A DNA stretch of 64,000 nt, taken from contig NW_026515679.1 of NCBI RefSeq assembly GCF_025526975.1, positions 620,001 to 684,000 on the forward strand, given 5' to 3'. Numbering within the stretch: position 1 is the first letter of the stretch; each line of letters begins with the position of its first letter. This document shows, piece by piece, positions 1 through 13,622 of the stretch. The stretch comes from Fimicolochytrium jonesii (lineage: Eukaryota). Below the pieces are notes generated by a model. The model did no database searches, was not told where the DNA came from, and saw only the letters and a program-made list of their open reading frames with translations. A program made the position numbers and the translations under genes.

Positions 1-453
1 ACTTACCAATCAACGTGTCTCTGTCGGAAGGCATCTTGGGGAAATTGATAACCGATTAGTCCACGGGGTGTTCAGGAGGTTATGTGTGAGACGTGCAGTT
101 CGCACGAACGGTAGTATAATAAGTATGGTTCGGCTGCAGATGCGGGATGCGTTGTGTGAAGGGCTTGGGGAGGAATGAATGCGGAAGTCCAACGAGTCCA
201 ACTGCCGAAATCTGCAGCTCCGGTGACAGGGGGACATTTGGGACCTGATCTGGGACCAATCTGGGACCTTCCGAAATTGAAAGACAACGGCTCGTCGGAC
301 CACATTCTCACGGGAACCTCCTATATCGCTGCATACGTATACCACCGGCTGCCGCAGGCGAAGATACGGCACACATTTCCTCTTTCTATGCTTCAAGTCG
401 AACGTTTTTTCCACTTTCACCGGCACTTAAAAGAACAGGCCACACCAGTCAAA

Positions 454-2862
454 ATGTCCCCGCGCACCGTCCTCAGCCTTATCCCACCTCCAAGCTTCTC
501 TGACGGGGACTCTTCCACGCATCCGTCGCCCGTCACCGGCGTCAACGCATCCACGCTACGGAACTTTCTCAAAAAGTGTGGGCCGACGCTGAAAGCCATA
601 TACGAGGCTAATCCCTCCAAATGCCCTCTGACTGCGAGGAACGGGGCAGATCGGAAGGTGGTGTTTTCGGCAGATGCCGCTTTGGAGAGCTTACCCCGGG
701 GCTATGTGATGATTACGATCCCCCGACAAAACACTACTACGCCCAAGGCGGGGGATTCCTATGTGTGGGGGCACCCAAGGTGAGGATCGCAACGTTTTTT
801 TTGTCGCTTGTTGAAGTGGCGATTGTCACCAGGGATGGGTCGCTGTATGTACCCCTCAGCGTTGCGATCTCCAACCCATCCCTAATCTCCTCCTCCTCCT
901 TCTGTTATATGATTTGCATTCTTCAGCGGAATCAAGTTTCGGAGCGTGTCAGAGTTCTTACCCCATCTGACATGGCTCGCAACCAGCGAAACCCATCAGG
1001 CTTCTGAATGTGAATGCAAGCCGTGCATGTCATGGATAAGGGGCTCTACACCTAGGGTACGGAAGCGCACAAGCGAAACACCCGGAGAGTCGTCAATCGG
1101 CGGCTCAAAGAAACCGAGATTGAGTCATCTCGGAAACAACACGAGTCCGATTGTCGTTTCGGACACTGAATCGGAGGCAGGGCCAGTTCCGTCGGATCGG
1201 GTGCCAGCGGCTGGATCTGCATTAGCTGTCGCTTTTGCACAACGGATGGCGAAAGAAGCGAAGGGAGTGAAGAAATCGCCAACGAAACAAAGAACGCAGA
1301 GTGCCCTTCCCAGCGAATCAAAACTCGCCCGCCCGATCAGCCAGTCTGTTGGGTTCAATCAACCAATGAAGCACAGCAGAACGTTGATCGACCCGATCCA
1401 AGTGGAGGGACCGAAGCAGAGGCCAAACGCATCGACGCGGACCGAGACCCTCTCTCCTGATCTCGACGATCCATTAGATTCGGCATCATTGTCTTCGTCT
1501 CCGGTCCTCCTAACGAAGGCCGCGAAAATCATGGAACGCACCCCAGCAATTCACAGAGCATCACTAACGGAAAGGATACCCAGGAACGTCTATGACAAAA
1601 TGAAAACGCAACATCGGGAAGAGCTCAAGAATTTCGTTCCATCTTTCCGGACCGAGCCTTACTACCGCTTCGGCGACATTGTATGGATCCAAACATACCT
1701 GCAGCTGTCGTCTAGGGAGCCGAATGTGCGGATCCACAGTGGGGATGAAGCGGTTGATATGGATATCAGTTGTTTGCAGGATACATTGTCCTACTGGCCC
1801 GCCGTCATCAATTCAGTCTATACCACGACTGGCACATCGGCGAAAGATTCACGGGAACCCTTACGGAGGTTTTGGGCTACACCGATTTTTGTTCATGAAG
1901 ACGATACAGACGATGAGACGCACCAGGTTGGCGATGGTCCCAAACTGAATGCTGGACTTCAAATGATCGCGACGCACCACTATCCGAATCCGCGCTCGCT
2001 TATAAAATGGGATGGTCGAGGTTATTCGGTGCGCCTCCTAAACACAACAAAACAGTTTACCGTCTTAGAGTCCCAAATCGTCCCCTTTTCAGGCTACATT
2101 CTCCCCCGCCAATTTCGTCTCGACTATGACTTGCTGGACAAGCTCGCGCAGCCTAACAACAAGATCCTCAACGACCCAGTACTCGCAATATACCTCACCG
2201 CGGCAAACAAAGCATACCACCATGCCCGAAGCACCCTGGCGATGTTAAGCCCCGCCCCACGCTTCATGCCCAATTTTCCAGGCTCGCTGCCCGACCACCT
2301 GACGTGGGACTATATGCAGCTCGGCGCCGAGCATGTGCGCGTATACGACCTCGTTCGCGTGCATATACCGCACCTAGCGACCGACGCGCGCAGCGAAGCC
2401 GAGTCCAAATCGGGTGAGAAGACAAACACAGCACCGCCAGCACCGACACCCGCAATCAACTTCCGCGTCGCCCGGGTCGAGCGCATCAACTTTACACCGG
2501 ACACCCACCCGCCCGTCATCACATTCATCGTCCGCGTCCTACGCCCCGTCCGCGCCCGGCTACCGAACGACGCCAACCACCCCACCTTGTGCAGAAGCAA
2601 GAGCGGCGATTGGGTTATTTACGTCGTTGACGCTGCCGCGAAAGCTCTCGCCGCCGAGGTTAAGAGTGCGATCAACGGTGGTGAGGCGCATAGGAACGCT
2701 TCGCCTGCGACAGCGCCGACGACGGAGAAAGGCGTATTTACGGTTGAGGTCCCCCATATTGTGGGGAGGTATTATCCCGTAATGGGTGGGAGGGATGGGT
2801 GGGTTGGCCCGAGGAAGTTGCCGGGGTTGGATGTAGGACGTGCGGAGGTTGAGTTGGTTTAG
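454..2862 (+). CDS. Cryptic loci regulator 2 (Clr2)-like heterochromatin silencing protein; 2 exons (454-779, 927-2862)
   Basis: Splicing the GT-AG intron 780-926 gives LPRGY...GDSYVWGHPSGIKFRSVSEFLPHLTWL...CECKPC, the Clr2 N-terminal motif. The C-terminal QLGAEHVRVYDLVRV resembles the Clr2 C-terminal domain. Confidence 0.75.
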
Positions 2863-3014
2863 GGGTTTGACTACCATTGGTGGTGCTCTCGATTGCGATG
2901 GTTTTTGGGCTCGGGAGGAAAATCGATGGGGTTGCGCAAGGAAATCCGTGGCTGAAACTACGGGAACGAGTGCACCTTGACCCCCTGACCCGGATTGAGC
3001 CGGAAAACGGTGTA

Positions 3015-3138
3015 CAGTATGTGAACATAAACCTAGATACACCAGTGATTGAGTCAGTGTCCGTGCGCAACTGCGGCGGCTGGGGCAAGGGGCTGTCCAA
3101 GCTCGGACGCGTGTATCCAGCTTTATGTTCACATACTG
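3015..3138. mobile_element. Tc1/mariner-type MITE (124 bp)
   Basis: 28-bp terminal inverted repeats starting CAGTATGTGAAC (3015-3042 vs 3111-3138, 26/28 match), flanked by TA on both sides. Confidence 0.8.
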
Positions 3139-3410
3139 TACATACCTACGCTGATACCAATACCCAATATTGCACATTGAAATGAATCCATTTGCGAGTC
3201 TCTGAGCAAACTGCTGTCTTTGTTTGGTCGTCTCTTGTATCTCGCCAGTCTTCGCGCAACCAGGAAGACTGACGCGACTGTTGTGAACGGAATGAAAGGT
3301 CATCCAAGGATCACAGAGCACAATCCAACAGTTCCGTGCGAACATTGCTGCCTCATCCCGACGTTCGCAAACACTCCGCTCCCTCCGCTCCTGACTTCAG
3401 AATCCACACA

Positions 3411-4963
<1,553 letters not shown>

Positions 4964-5730
4964 CCACCACACCCCTGCGAGATAGCGTAGCGGGGCGTTG
5001 GGATACCGGATCGATACACTGTCATCGGGTAGATCGCGCCAGGAACCCTCCCGCTTTCGACATATGTAGGTGGTTTCTCGAGGGTTGCGTGGAAGGAGGA
5101 GCGATGCCACGGAGCCGCACCGCAGCTCCACGTTGCATCGCCCTGCTCACATCGCCCCATTCCCGATCTCGCCATCGACAATCCGATGACTACTATCGCG
5201 CGTGGTGATGCCGGCCGCCGACTGACGAAGGGGCGAACCGGGACGAATTTCGTTTGGCACGACTAACCTCCCCCCGCCAAGGGCCAAACATCCTGGCACG
5301 AATTTGACCTCTTCGATCCACCAGCTTCGACTGGCGCTGTGCTGGGCCGTGCTATATCACACCATGACATATACAACGGGGGGTGTGCGTTATGGCTCCC
5401 ATCGAAAAAAATCGAATGAAATCAAATACTTGTCTACTTGCTATGCAAAAAAAAAGAAATATTTATGTGGGTGTGTATACAGCCGTATGTCGCAGGGTGT
5501 GTATGATAGTATGTGAGTATGTATGGTCGCAGGCCAGGCCCGTGTTCCGCCGTTCTTTCCGGCCCTGCCGATTCCATATGTGCACGCCAGCGGACAAGCG
5601 ACCACGACGGCCCGGTGTCCTATTTCCTGCGTGAGGAGGTGATGGGTTTGTGTCGATCGTGGGGGTCCGGTTTTGGCTTCCCACAGGAGCCGCGGGGCCG
5701 ATTTTTTTTTCCAACCGTCGATTTCCGCGG

Positions 5731-7938
5731 TTAGGTAGATTTCACGGCCGCCGCGTTCAAATCCGACACGATATGCGCTACACCCGCCAAGGAAAAGCTC
5801 GGTCAAAACATCATATCACCCCGCAGAACCAAAAACAAGCAACAGTCATTTCATACCTCGCAAAGGCGCCGCCAAGGCTGCCGTGTCATCCACATCGATC
5901 CGATGGAGCTTGCCCTGGAACCGGTAGGTGACGCGCAGCCGTTTGGGTTCGCCCCAGCAGGGGTCGTAGAAGCCGATCAGGTTCGCCTAAAACACCATAA
6001 ATCATAAGCCAAATCAGTTTCAAATAGACCACTGCAATCGCGGGATTGAGTTTATCAACGCCTACCTTGGAATGGCCGCCGCTGATATGCAACTGAGAAT
6101 TGTTGACGAGGGCTTGCACCGCGATGGTCACGTCGATACAGTCCGGTGGGAGTTGAGTCACCGTATCCGTCATCGGCGCGCCACTCGCCGCCAACCCGCC
6201 AAACAGATCCCTCAAAGACCCCGTAGCATCCCCGCCCAGCTTCCCATAAACCGCGCTGACAACAACCAACCCCTCCTTCAGTTCCTCCGCATCCACCTTC
6301 CGGCTCACCGCCTCCCTCATGATCCGCACAGCATCCTCCGCCTCTTTCTTACGGCGTTCGAAGATCTCGCGGTTGTTTTCGCGAACCTGTGTCAGTTTCT
6401 CGGCGAGGCGGCGTGCGCGGCGGGGTTGGATGTACAGCGTATCGACTGCCACGGCGGCCGAGAGGGGGATGAGGGTGGCGTACAGCGCGAGTTTGAGGTC
6501 GAATTGCGGGGTGAGGATGATAGGAAGGGTGAATTTTTGGCCAAGGCGGGCGAGTTTGACGCGGAAGGTGACGCCTCCCAGTGAAGCGCAATCCACGCCC
6601 AATCCCAGACGTGTGTATTTGGTGAGTTTCTTGTCGGCGGAGAGGGAGGCTTGCAGGCCTGCTGTTGTGGAGAGGGCGAGGGAGGCGCGGGCGCGGATGG
6701 TGCGTTGGAGGGTGCGGAAGTAGCCGAGGGAGATATGAGAGGAGGCGAGGCCCGCGTGCAGGTCGAGGGACCAGGTGTTGGTTGAGGTGGGGCTGCGGCG
6801 GTTGAGGGAGAGGGTGGTAGCGGGTTGTTGGTGGAGGTCTTGGTTTTTGCCCCAGGACAGGAGGGCGAATTCGCCGGTGTGGAAGGTGATGGAGCCTGTT
6901 GTTGTTTTGGTGAGTTTGCGACCGAGGGAGGTTATGAGGGTTGGTGGGGCGGAGAGGGTGGTGCTGGTGGCTATGACGGTGACGAAGCTGTGAGGTGGAG
7001 AGGCGGGAAGTGGATAGACATCAGCTATGGTCCTCCGACGAAACTATTACTCCGAAGTGACGAGAAACACACCTCTCAGCAGTGAGGTTCTTGACCACCC
7101 GGCACTGCAACATCGGGCTCTGGCCCAGCGTCCCAGTGACCTCTCCCCAAAGCATCGGGTTGACGAAGTGCCTCAAGGTGCCCATGACATTGCCCACTCC
7201 TATCCCATTCCTCGCCAACACATCTCCGGTCACCGTCAGGCCCGTCTGCTGCGTAATCTGCGTCTCCCACGCATGCTTCACATTCGCCTGCGTCACCTCC
7301 GGCCAATGCAACAGATCTGCGAACCCTCTCGACTCTTGCTCATCGGGTATGGGCTCAAATCGACCTAGTGGCAGCCGTCTTAACCGTTGCCGCGACCTTC
7401 GGACCTGCGGGTCGAATATCTGCGAGGCATCAAGACTGAGGCGGATCTCTCCTTTAGAATTCGAAAGCGCCTCCGCCGCAATCTCCTGCTGCTCCCGCGT
7501 CCGACGGTCGTACTCAGCGCGGATCTCTTCCTGGGTTTGGCCTCGGGTGCCAATCTCCCATGACGTTTCGGCGGCCTCGGCGCCGTATGTGTCGTATATG
7601 TGGCGTTTGGCGGTATTGCCTAGCACATCGTGGGCTTTCTGTATTTGTGCAAACCTGTGTTCGGCGGCTTCCTTGTCTTCTGAAGAGTGGATCTTGTCCG
7701 GGTGGAAGACAAGGGCTAGCCGCCGGTAGGCGTTCTTGATGTCTTCTTCGGAAGCCGTTCGCTCTACGTTTAGAACGGCGTAGTAGTCGACCCCTGAAGG
7801 AGCGTTCTCCCGCTCTATCCTATCCTCTGCCGACTCGATGTCGTCCTCGTCGTAGGCGGCCGGACTCGTCCCGGGCAAGTCATCGTAGGAACCGTCGTGA
7901 TGATTTGGGGCGGTGTATGGGTCGTGGTGGGTAGCCAT
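5731..7938 (-). CDS. DNAJC11: DnaJ homolog subfamily C member 11-like protein
   Basis: N-terminal J domain (DYYAVLNV...FHPDK); C-terminal [11 protein letters not shown]...[19 protein letters not shown] typical of DNAJC11; several GT-AG introns. Confidence 0.88.
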
Positions 7939-8424
7939 TTTCCAACACCAAGGCCGTTGAGTAATTCAGTGTGAGAAGGAGCGGCCGAGGGACGAGAGAC
8001 AGGGCTCGTTCGTGCGTGCGTTATATGCAATGAGGTGAACTGATGAATTGGCAGTTTTTCCCAGCGTCCAGCGCCCGAGTGTTGGAGGTTGAGACTTGGA
8101 GACGTGTTTCCGAACGCAGTTTGGCTGCCAACCCTAACCCCGATTTCGCCCCAAGGCTACGCTCCCTCCCTCCCTCAGAGAGAGATGCGAGAGAGCGCGT
8201 GGCCCCTTCTCCCTCGTGCCAACTTTGATCTGCTTGGATCGTCCGAGCATTTCGAGGCTTTCCGACGAGCCCGACGCTCTTGGGCATTCGCGAGTTTCCC
8301 ACGGACCATCACAGCGGAACGGACGCCTCTCCCGTTTCGCATAAAGAAGACCTCTCCTCCTGGAAGAGACTCCACTTCTCTGCCCGTTGTGCTGCCTCGT
8401 CCTGATCTCTCCCGCTGACGAAAA

Positions 8425-11349
8425 ATGGTCGTACTCCGCGCCTTCACTGCCTGCAGGGCGACATCGGAAAGGGCTCAAGCCGTGCGCTCCCTTCCTGTAC
8501 TGCATCGTCCCATCGCACAAAGGTAGAATGCTTCAACTTCTCTTCGTCTCCCAGTAGTCACATACTGACCCCAATTCTCGCACCTCCAGTCGACGCTACG
8601 CCACCCCAACCCCAACACCCCCAACAAAGACATTCGCAAACCAGTCCAAGATCCCCAGGCTTCCAGTCCCCACTCTCGATAACCTGTCCAAAAAGTTTCT
8701 CGCAAGCTGTGAGCCCCTGCTGAACCAGGAGCAGTTGGAAAGGACGACTAAGATTGTTGAACAGTTTGTCTCGAACGAGGGGCTCGGGCCAAAATTGCAA
8801 GAGCTGTTGACTAGATATGAGACGGAGCAGAAGGTTCGTAAAGCATTGGCGACTGGGGATTGGACGGCAGGGGAGTCTGAGCGGTGGTGGGTGCGGCCGC
8901 AAGTCGCGAGCGAGGCGAGCGATGGAGGTTGTCTGGAACGAGCGACGCGAGCCACATTGCGCCAGCGAGCGTCATATCTTTCGCGAGGGAAGCGAGCAGT
9001 ACATTGCGCCAAAGGCGCAATAGCCCCCTCACCGACGTACCCCAACATCCTTGTCGCGAGCGGAGCGATCAGGGTATATATTCCCATCCACCGCTTCACG
9101 TGCTCACACAACTTCTCCCTGCATTCATTCGCACACAGAACTCATGGCTGGAGGACATTTGGTTGAAAAAGGCGTACTTGGAGTGGCGCGAGCCCAGCAT
9201 GATCAACGTGAACTGGTGGGGACAGTTCAAAGACCACCCAAGGCATCCCAAAGACCTCCTCCGCAAGCCGCCACCAAAAGGCGTCCTGTCAACCTTCCAA
9301 ATCCAGCGTGCCGCCGGTCTGATCAGCAATATGCTGAACTTCAAGGACCTGGTGGACACCGAGCGCCTGCCCGCAGAGTACATGAAGGACAAACCCCTCG
9401 ACATGAACCAGTACAAGAGCCAATTCGGCGCCACCCGCATCCCCAAGAAGGGCTGCGACGAGATCCGCACAGTATGGCCAGCGCGCTCCCGCCACATCAT
9501 CGTCCTGACCCGCGATCAGGTCTACAGAGTCGAGGTCATCCGCGCAGACAACACCCGCGTGCCTTTGAAAGAACTGGAGCGCCTTCTGTTCGCTGTTGGA
9601 CAAGACAGCCTGCACACGGAGCTCGAGCCCTCGGTCGGGTTCTTCACCGGGGCGCACCGTGACACCTGGGCTGAGGCGCACGAGAAGCTGCGGTGGTTGA
9701 GCGCTAGCAATGCGGAGAACTTGGAGATCATCGATCAGGCGTTGTTTGCTGTGTGCCTGGACAATCATTCCTTGTCGAAGAACATCGATGTGTCGCATCG
9801 GCAGGTGTTCCATAATGATGGACGGAATAGGTGGTTTGACAAGGCTATGCAGTTGGTGGTCGCGTCGAATGGACGCGCGGGTGTGAATGGCGAGGTAAAG
9901 TGGGCGGAGGTCACGTCATGGAGTTCCGATTCCGAAGGCTAATACCCGAAATTGACTTGAATCAGCACACACCCGCCGACGCCGTGATCCCCGGAAAAGT
10001 CTTCGACTACATCCTGTCCAAGTAAGCCCTCTCATCTTCCCACCACGTTAGATTCCCTCCTCACCCACTTGAACCCCCTAGCGAACCCGCCGTCGACCCA
10101 CCAAACTCGGAAGGCACCAGCCTTCCTCCACCCCAGAAACTGAAATGGGTCATTAACGACGAGCTGCAGACTCTCCTCGACAAGGCTCGCGCTGAGGGCA
10201 AGGCTTTGATCGATGATACCGAGAGCTGTCTGTTGCAGACGGATGTTTATGGGGCTCGGTATATCAAGGAAGTTGGTGAGTGCCCTAGTCCTCCATATCA
10301 CATCTACTTCTCACCCGCGCGCTTCCGGAAACATTCATATTCACCATCCCTCTCCGTCCTCACAGGTCAAGCAAGCCCAGACGCCTACGTCCAGCTCGCC
10401 CTACAACTCGCCTGGAGGCGGTACCCGAATGCCAACGGGCAGCCCAGCGACCCGACAGCGGTGTACGAGTCTGCGTCGACGCGGTTGTTCCTGCATGGCC
10501 GCACGGAGACGGGCCGCAGCTTGACGAGCGATACGTGGAAGTTTGTGGAGAGCTTTGATAACGATGATGTTTTGGTACGGTGTTTGGATTGTGGGAGGGC
10601 CGCTCTACATCTCGTTCATCATCACAAGACTGACCCTTTCGTGCACCCACCCAACCACACAGTACGAAACAAAACGCACCCTCTTCACCCGCGCCATCGC
10701 CTCCCAATCCGCGTACATGCGCGATGCCGCCTTCGGCAAAGGCATCGACCGCCACTTCACGGCCCTCCGCTACCTCCTCGAGCACGCGCCGACTATCCTC
10801 ACCCAAAAACAATCCCTCCTCCAATCCGCAAAAGACCCCGTCATCATAACCGACCTGAAATCCCACATCAAGACTCTGGAATCCGTCATCGAGCTCTCGC
10901 AGGACCCTACCCAGGTCCAACTGTTCGACGCCAAAACGGACCCGGCGGGGTTCTGGAAATCCCAACACTGGAAGCTGTCGACGAGCAACATGTCACCGGG
11001 GCGCTACTTCTACGGCGGCTTCGGGACCGTCTACCCCGACGGGTACGGGATCAACTACGCGATCGACACCGACACGCTCAAGTTCTCCATCTCCGCCAAG
11101 AAATCCTGCACCACCACCAACCCCTTCACGTTCCGCGATACGTTGGAGAGGACGTTGAAGGATATGATGATACTGTTCCCGAAGCGGTCGGAGGTGTGGG
11201 GGAAGGGGTGGAAGGAGGAACGGGAGCGGGAGGGCAGGGAGAGGGCGTATTTGGGGATCATGAAGGGGTTGAGTGACGGGTATGTGGGGAGGAAGGAGGT
11301 GTTGGAGAGGAAGTATAAGCCGAAGGCGCCGGAGGGGAAGGAGGAGTAG
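8425..11349 (+). CDS. Choline/carnitine O-acyltransferase (carnitine acetyltransferase-like), multi-exon
   Basis: IPRLPVPTL, SWLEDIW, PLDMNQY, NRWFDK, GEHTPADA (catalytic His across a splice junction), YESASTRLFLHGRTE, GKGIDRH, WKLSTS, GFGTVYPDGYGINY. Confidence 0.93.
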
Positions 11350-11580
11350 GGGGGATACGGCCCACGGGTCTAGATACCGCACATGCGCACGAAGGGACGG
11401 AGTGCCGGACCAGGATGTCTCCATTAGATGAAGCCGTTTCGAAATATATTTTTTTTTTCTCATAAAAACTTATAATTAATTGAAAAAGGTGTCCGTTTTT
11501 GAACCGCGGGTCAGGTGAGTTGTGGTTGTTGGGTGCGGTGGGTGCGGCTGCGGGTGTGATGGGGCCTGGGGAAAAGTAAA

Positions 11581-12202
11581 GGGTTTCGTTATTTCGACGG
11601 CACCACCTTATTTCGACGGCAGCTGCGCAGCACACACATACTGTACCTTGTTTGAGCACACAGACGGAAGCGTCTCTTTCGCAATTGCGGGGGCCCCACC
11701 TCCAGTTCTGAACCAGACTAGGGTAGCTCAGTCCCCATTCTGATCATGCTGGCAGAACTGAGGCACTTGCAAGGAAAGTAGGGGCGTCAACTGCACATGG
11801 CAAGGTTCAACCATGGTCGTATAGCAACTTGTATTTTGCGTTCAATGACACTATTTGGGCATAGGTTCTCCCTGTATACTGGCTCTACTCCCACACGTTG
11901 TGTTGGTGACGTGCAGTGCTCCAAGCTCCTCAATGGGCAGTGGTGCAATTGCAGAGTGCTTTCAGTACAGAAGTCGAGTTAACAATCACGCCTGGCCGTG
12001 CCGGCAGTGAACTACCACGCCTGGCCATGCCGGCAGTGGTCATAACTCTCCTCCCATGTAGGAAACCACCCTGCTGAGAGCCCCCACTGAAATGTCCAGG
12101 TCCACCGCAATTGCCTGAAGATGCTGCCATGGACGAATAAGCGGCAACCGTGTGGCGTAGCTGCCGTCGGAATACGATGATGCCGTCGAAATCGCGATTC
12201 CC
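11581..12202. mobile_element. Non-autonomous TIR DNA transposon (622 bp) with 8-bp target site duplication
   Basis: GGG...CCC termini; imperfect inverted repeats (11591-11623 vs 12160-12192, about 29/33); AAAGTAAA duplicated at 11573-11580 and 12203-12210. Confidence 0.75.
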
Positions 12203-12399
12203 AAAGTAAAACATGATGAAATTCGGTCATTGTAGTACATACTTTTTTTGCTTCAGACAGACACATAAAAACTTGCGTGTCACAGTCAGACAGACACCCG
12301 ATTACATATATTTAGGACTATGCCAGCAAGAGATGCGTCTCCCTATAAAGTGAAGCCATCCCGGATTCCCCGGCGGAGTCCCTTGTTGAACCTGCAAGA

Positions 12400-13000
12400 A
12401 TGCCTCAGCCAGCGTTGACCACTTTGAACCGGAACCAGTTCTATCTGGGCTACATAGTCTTTCCGGGCGAAAGCAATGAAGCGACACCAGCAGAATCGTC
12501 GTTTCCCACAAACCTTCCATGTATCCAAAGTCCACCATCTCCTGCAGTTCAACAAACATCCTCAGCTGGCGACCCGCCCTACCGCCGTCTCCGTGACGCC
12601 AAGCATCACCCGATTTTGGTACACCGCTACGATCCCGAGGATGAGGTGGCGACTGTATTTGCGGCATCCCCCCACCCGGTCTCCGCCCACCGGTGCGTCC
12701 GCAACGTCTGAGGAATCAGCCCCCAGAAGGCATCCATCTCGTGCCGGACGGTTCGTTGGAGGGTCGGAGGTCGTATCTCAACTTCGCCCACCCCGTCAAG
12801 TGCCAAGTCGTTTTTGAGAGTGTAAAAGGCCAGTCTCCTGACAACCCAGGTCGGTGGATGATCAAGGTCAAAGTGGTGTCACCATCGCCCCAGATGAAAA
12901 GAAGAAACTGGTGAGATATCATTGGCAATACTGGAGGAATGTTGGATACGATGACGACCGGGAAGAAGACTCGAAAGATGGTGAGCCTGACGGAGGTGAA
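12400..13000 (+). pseudogene. Frameshifted relic of an unknown protein, possibly PemK/DUF6590-like
   Basis: Three overlapping ORF pieces in different frames (HHPILVHRYD...; PEGIHLVPDGSLEGRRSYLNFAHPVKC; VTIAPDEKKKLVRYH) read as one protein only with two frameshifts. Confidence 0.4.
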
Positions 13001-13622
13001 GCGGGTGCTGTTGCCGGAGGTGGTGTTGATGCTGACGAACGTGGCGGTGGTGCTGGGCGAGGAGGTTGTGGAAATGCTGGTGGCAGCAGCTCACAGAGCA
13101 GGAAAGCATGGGCGGAACGGGTTCAGTATGCACTCACCCATCCCGACGTCCCGGAGGAGAAGGATGATAGCCTTAAACCATTTCTGTTTGTCGTGGGACC
13201 ACTCTCCCCGTTCACCCCTTTGAAAGGAATCGCATACAAACTTGAAAATGGGGTTCGAAGATTGTTTGGCAAGCCATGGACGTCGGGTGGGGGCGTGAAT
13301 ACACAACACAGAGAAGGCTTGTATGTACACGCAAATCATATCATCATATTTTTTTTTTCTCATAAAATGAATACGAATAACAAGGAGGGGGATCTTCTAT
13401 CTAATTGCTACCTAGCCGTAGAATCACGGGCGGGGCGAGGGAGTGTTTGACAAGATGTGTGAGTCCGCAAGAGATCAAAAAAAGAAAGACAAACGGAGAA
13501 CAGCGAAAGGGGGGGGGGGGGGGACGAACATGTCGGACTCGGGCAGTTCTGTAACGGGGGTCTGCGTATTTGGTGCATGTATCAGCTTGTCGGAACACCG
13601 TCCCGCTCGCTCGTAAATCTCC

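Larger units (their letters stand above)
11446..13367. repeat. Exact 22-bp direct repeat (11446-11467 and 13346-13367) bounding a 1.9-kb accessory segment
   Basis: ATATTTTTTTTTTCTCATAAAA occurs identically at both positions, 1900 bp apart. Confidence 0.8.

Noticed and set aside
175..453. Upstream extension of the first ORF from ATG 175
   Set aside because: Clr2-like similarity begins after ATG 454, which has a good AAAATG context; the upstream part looks non-coding.
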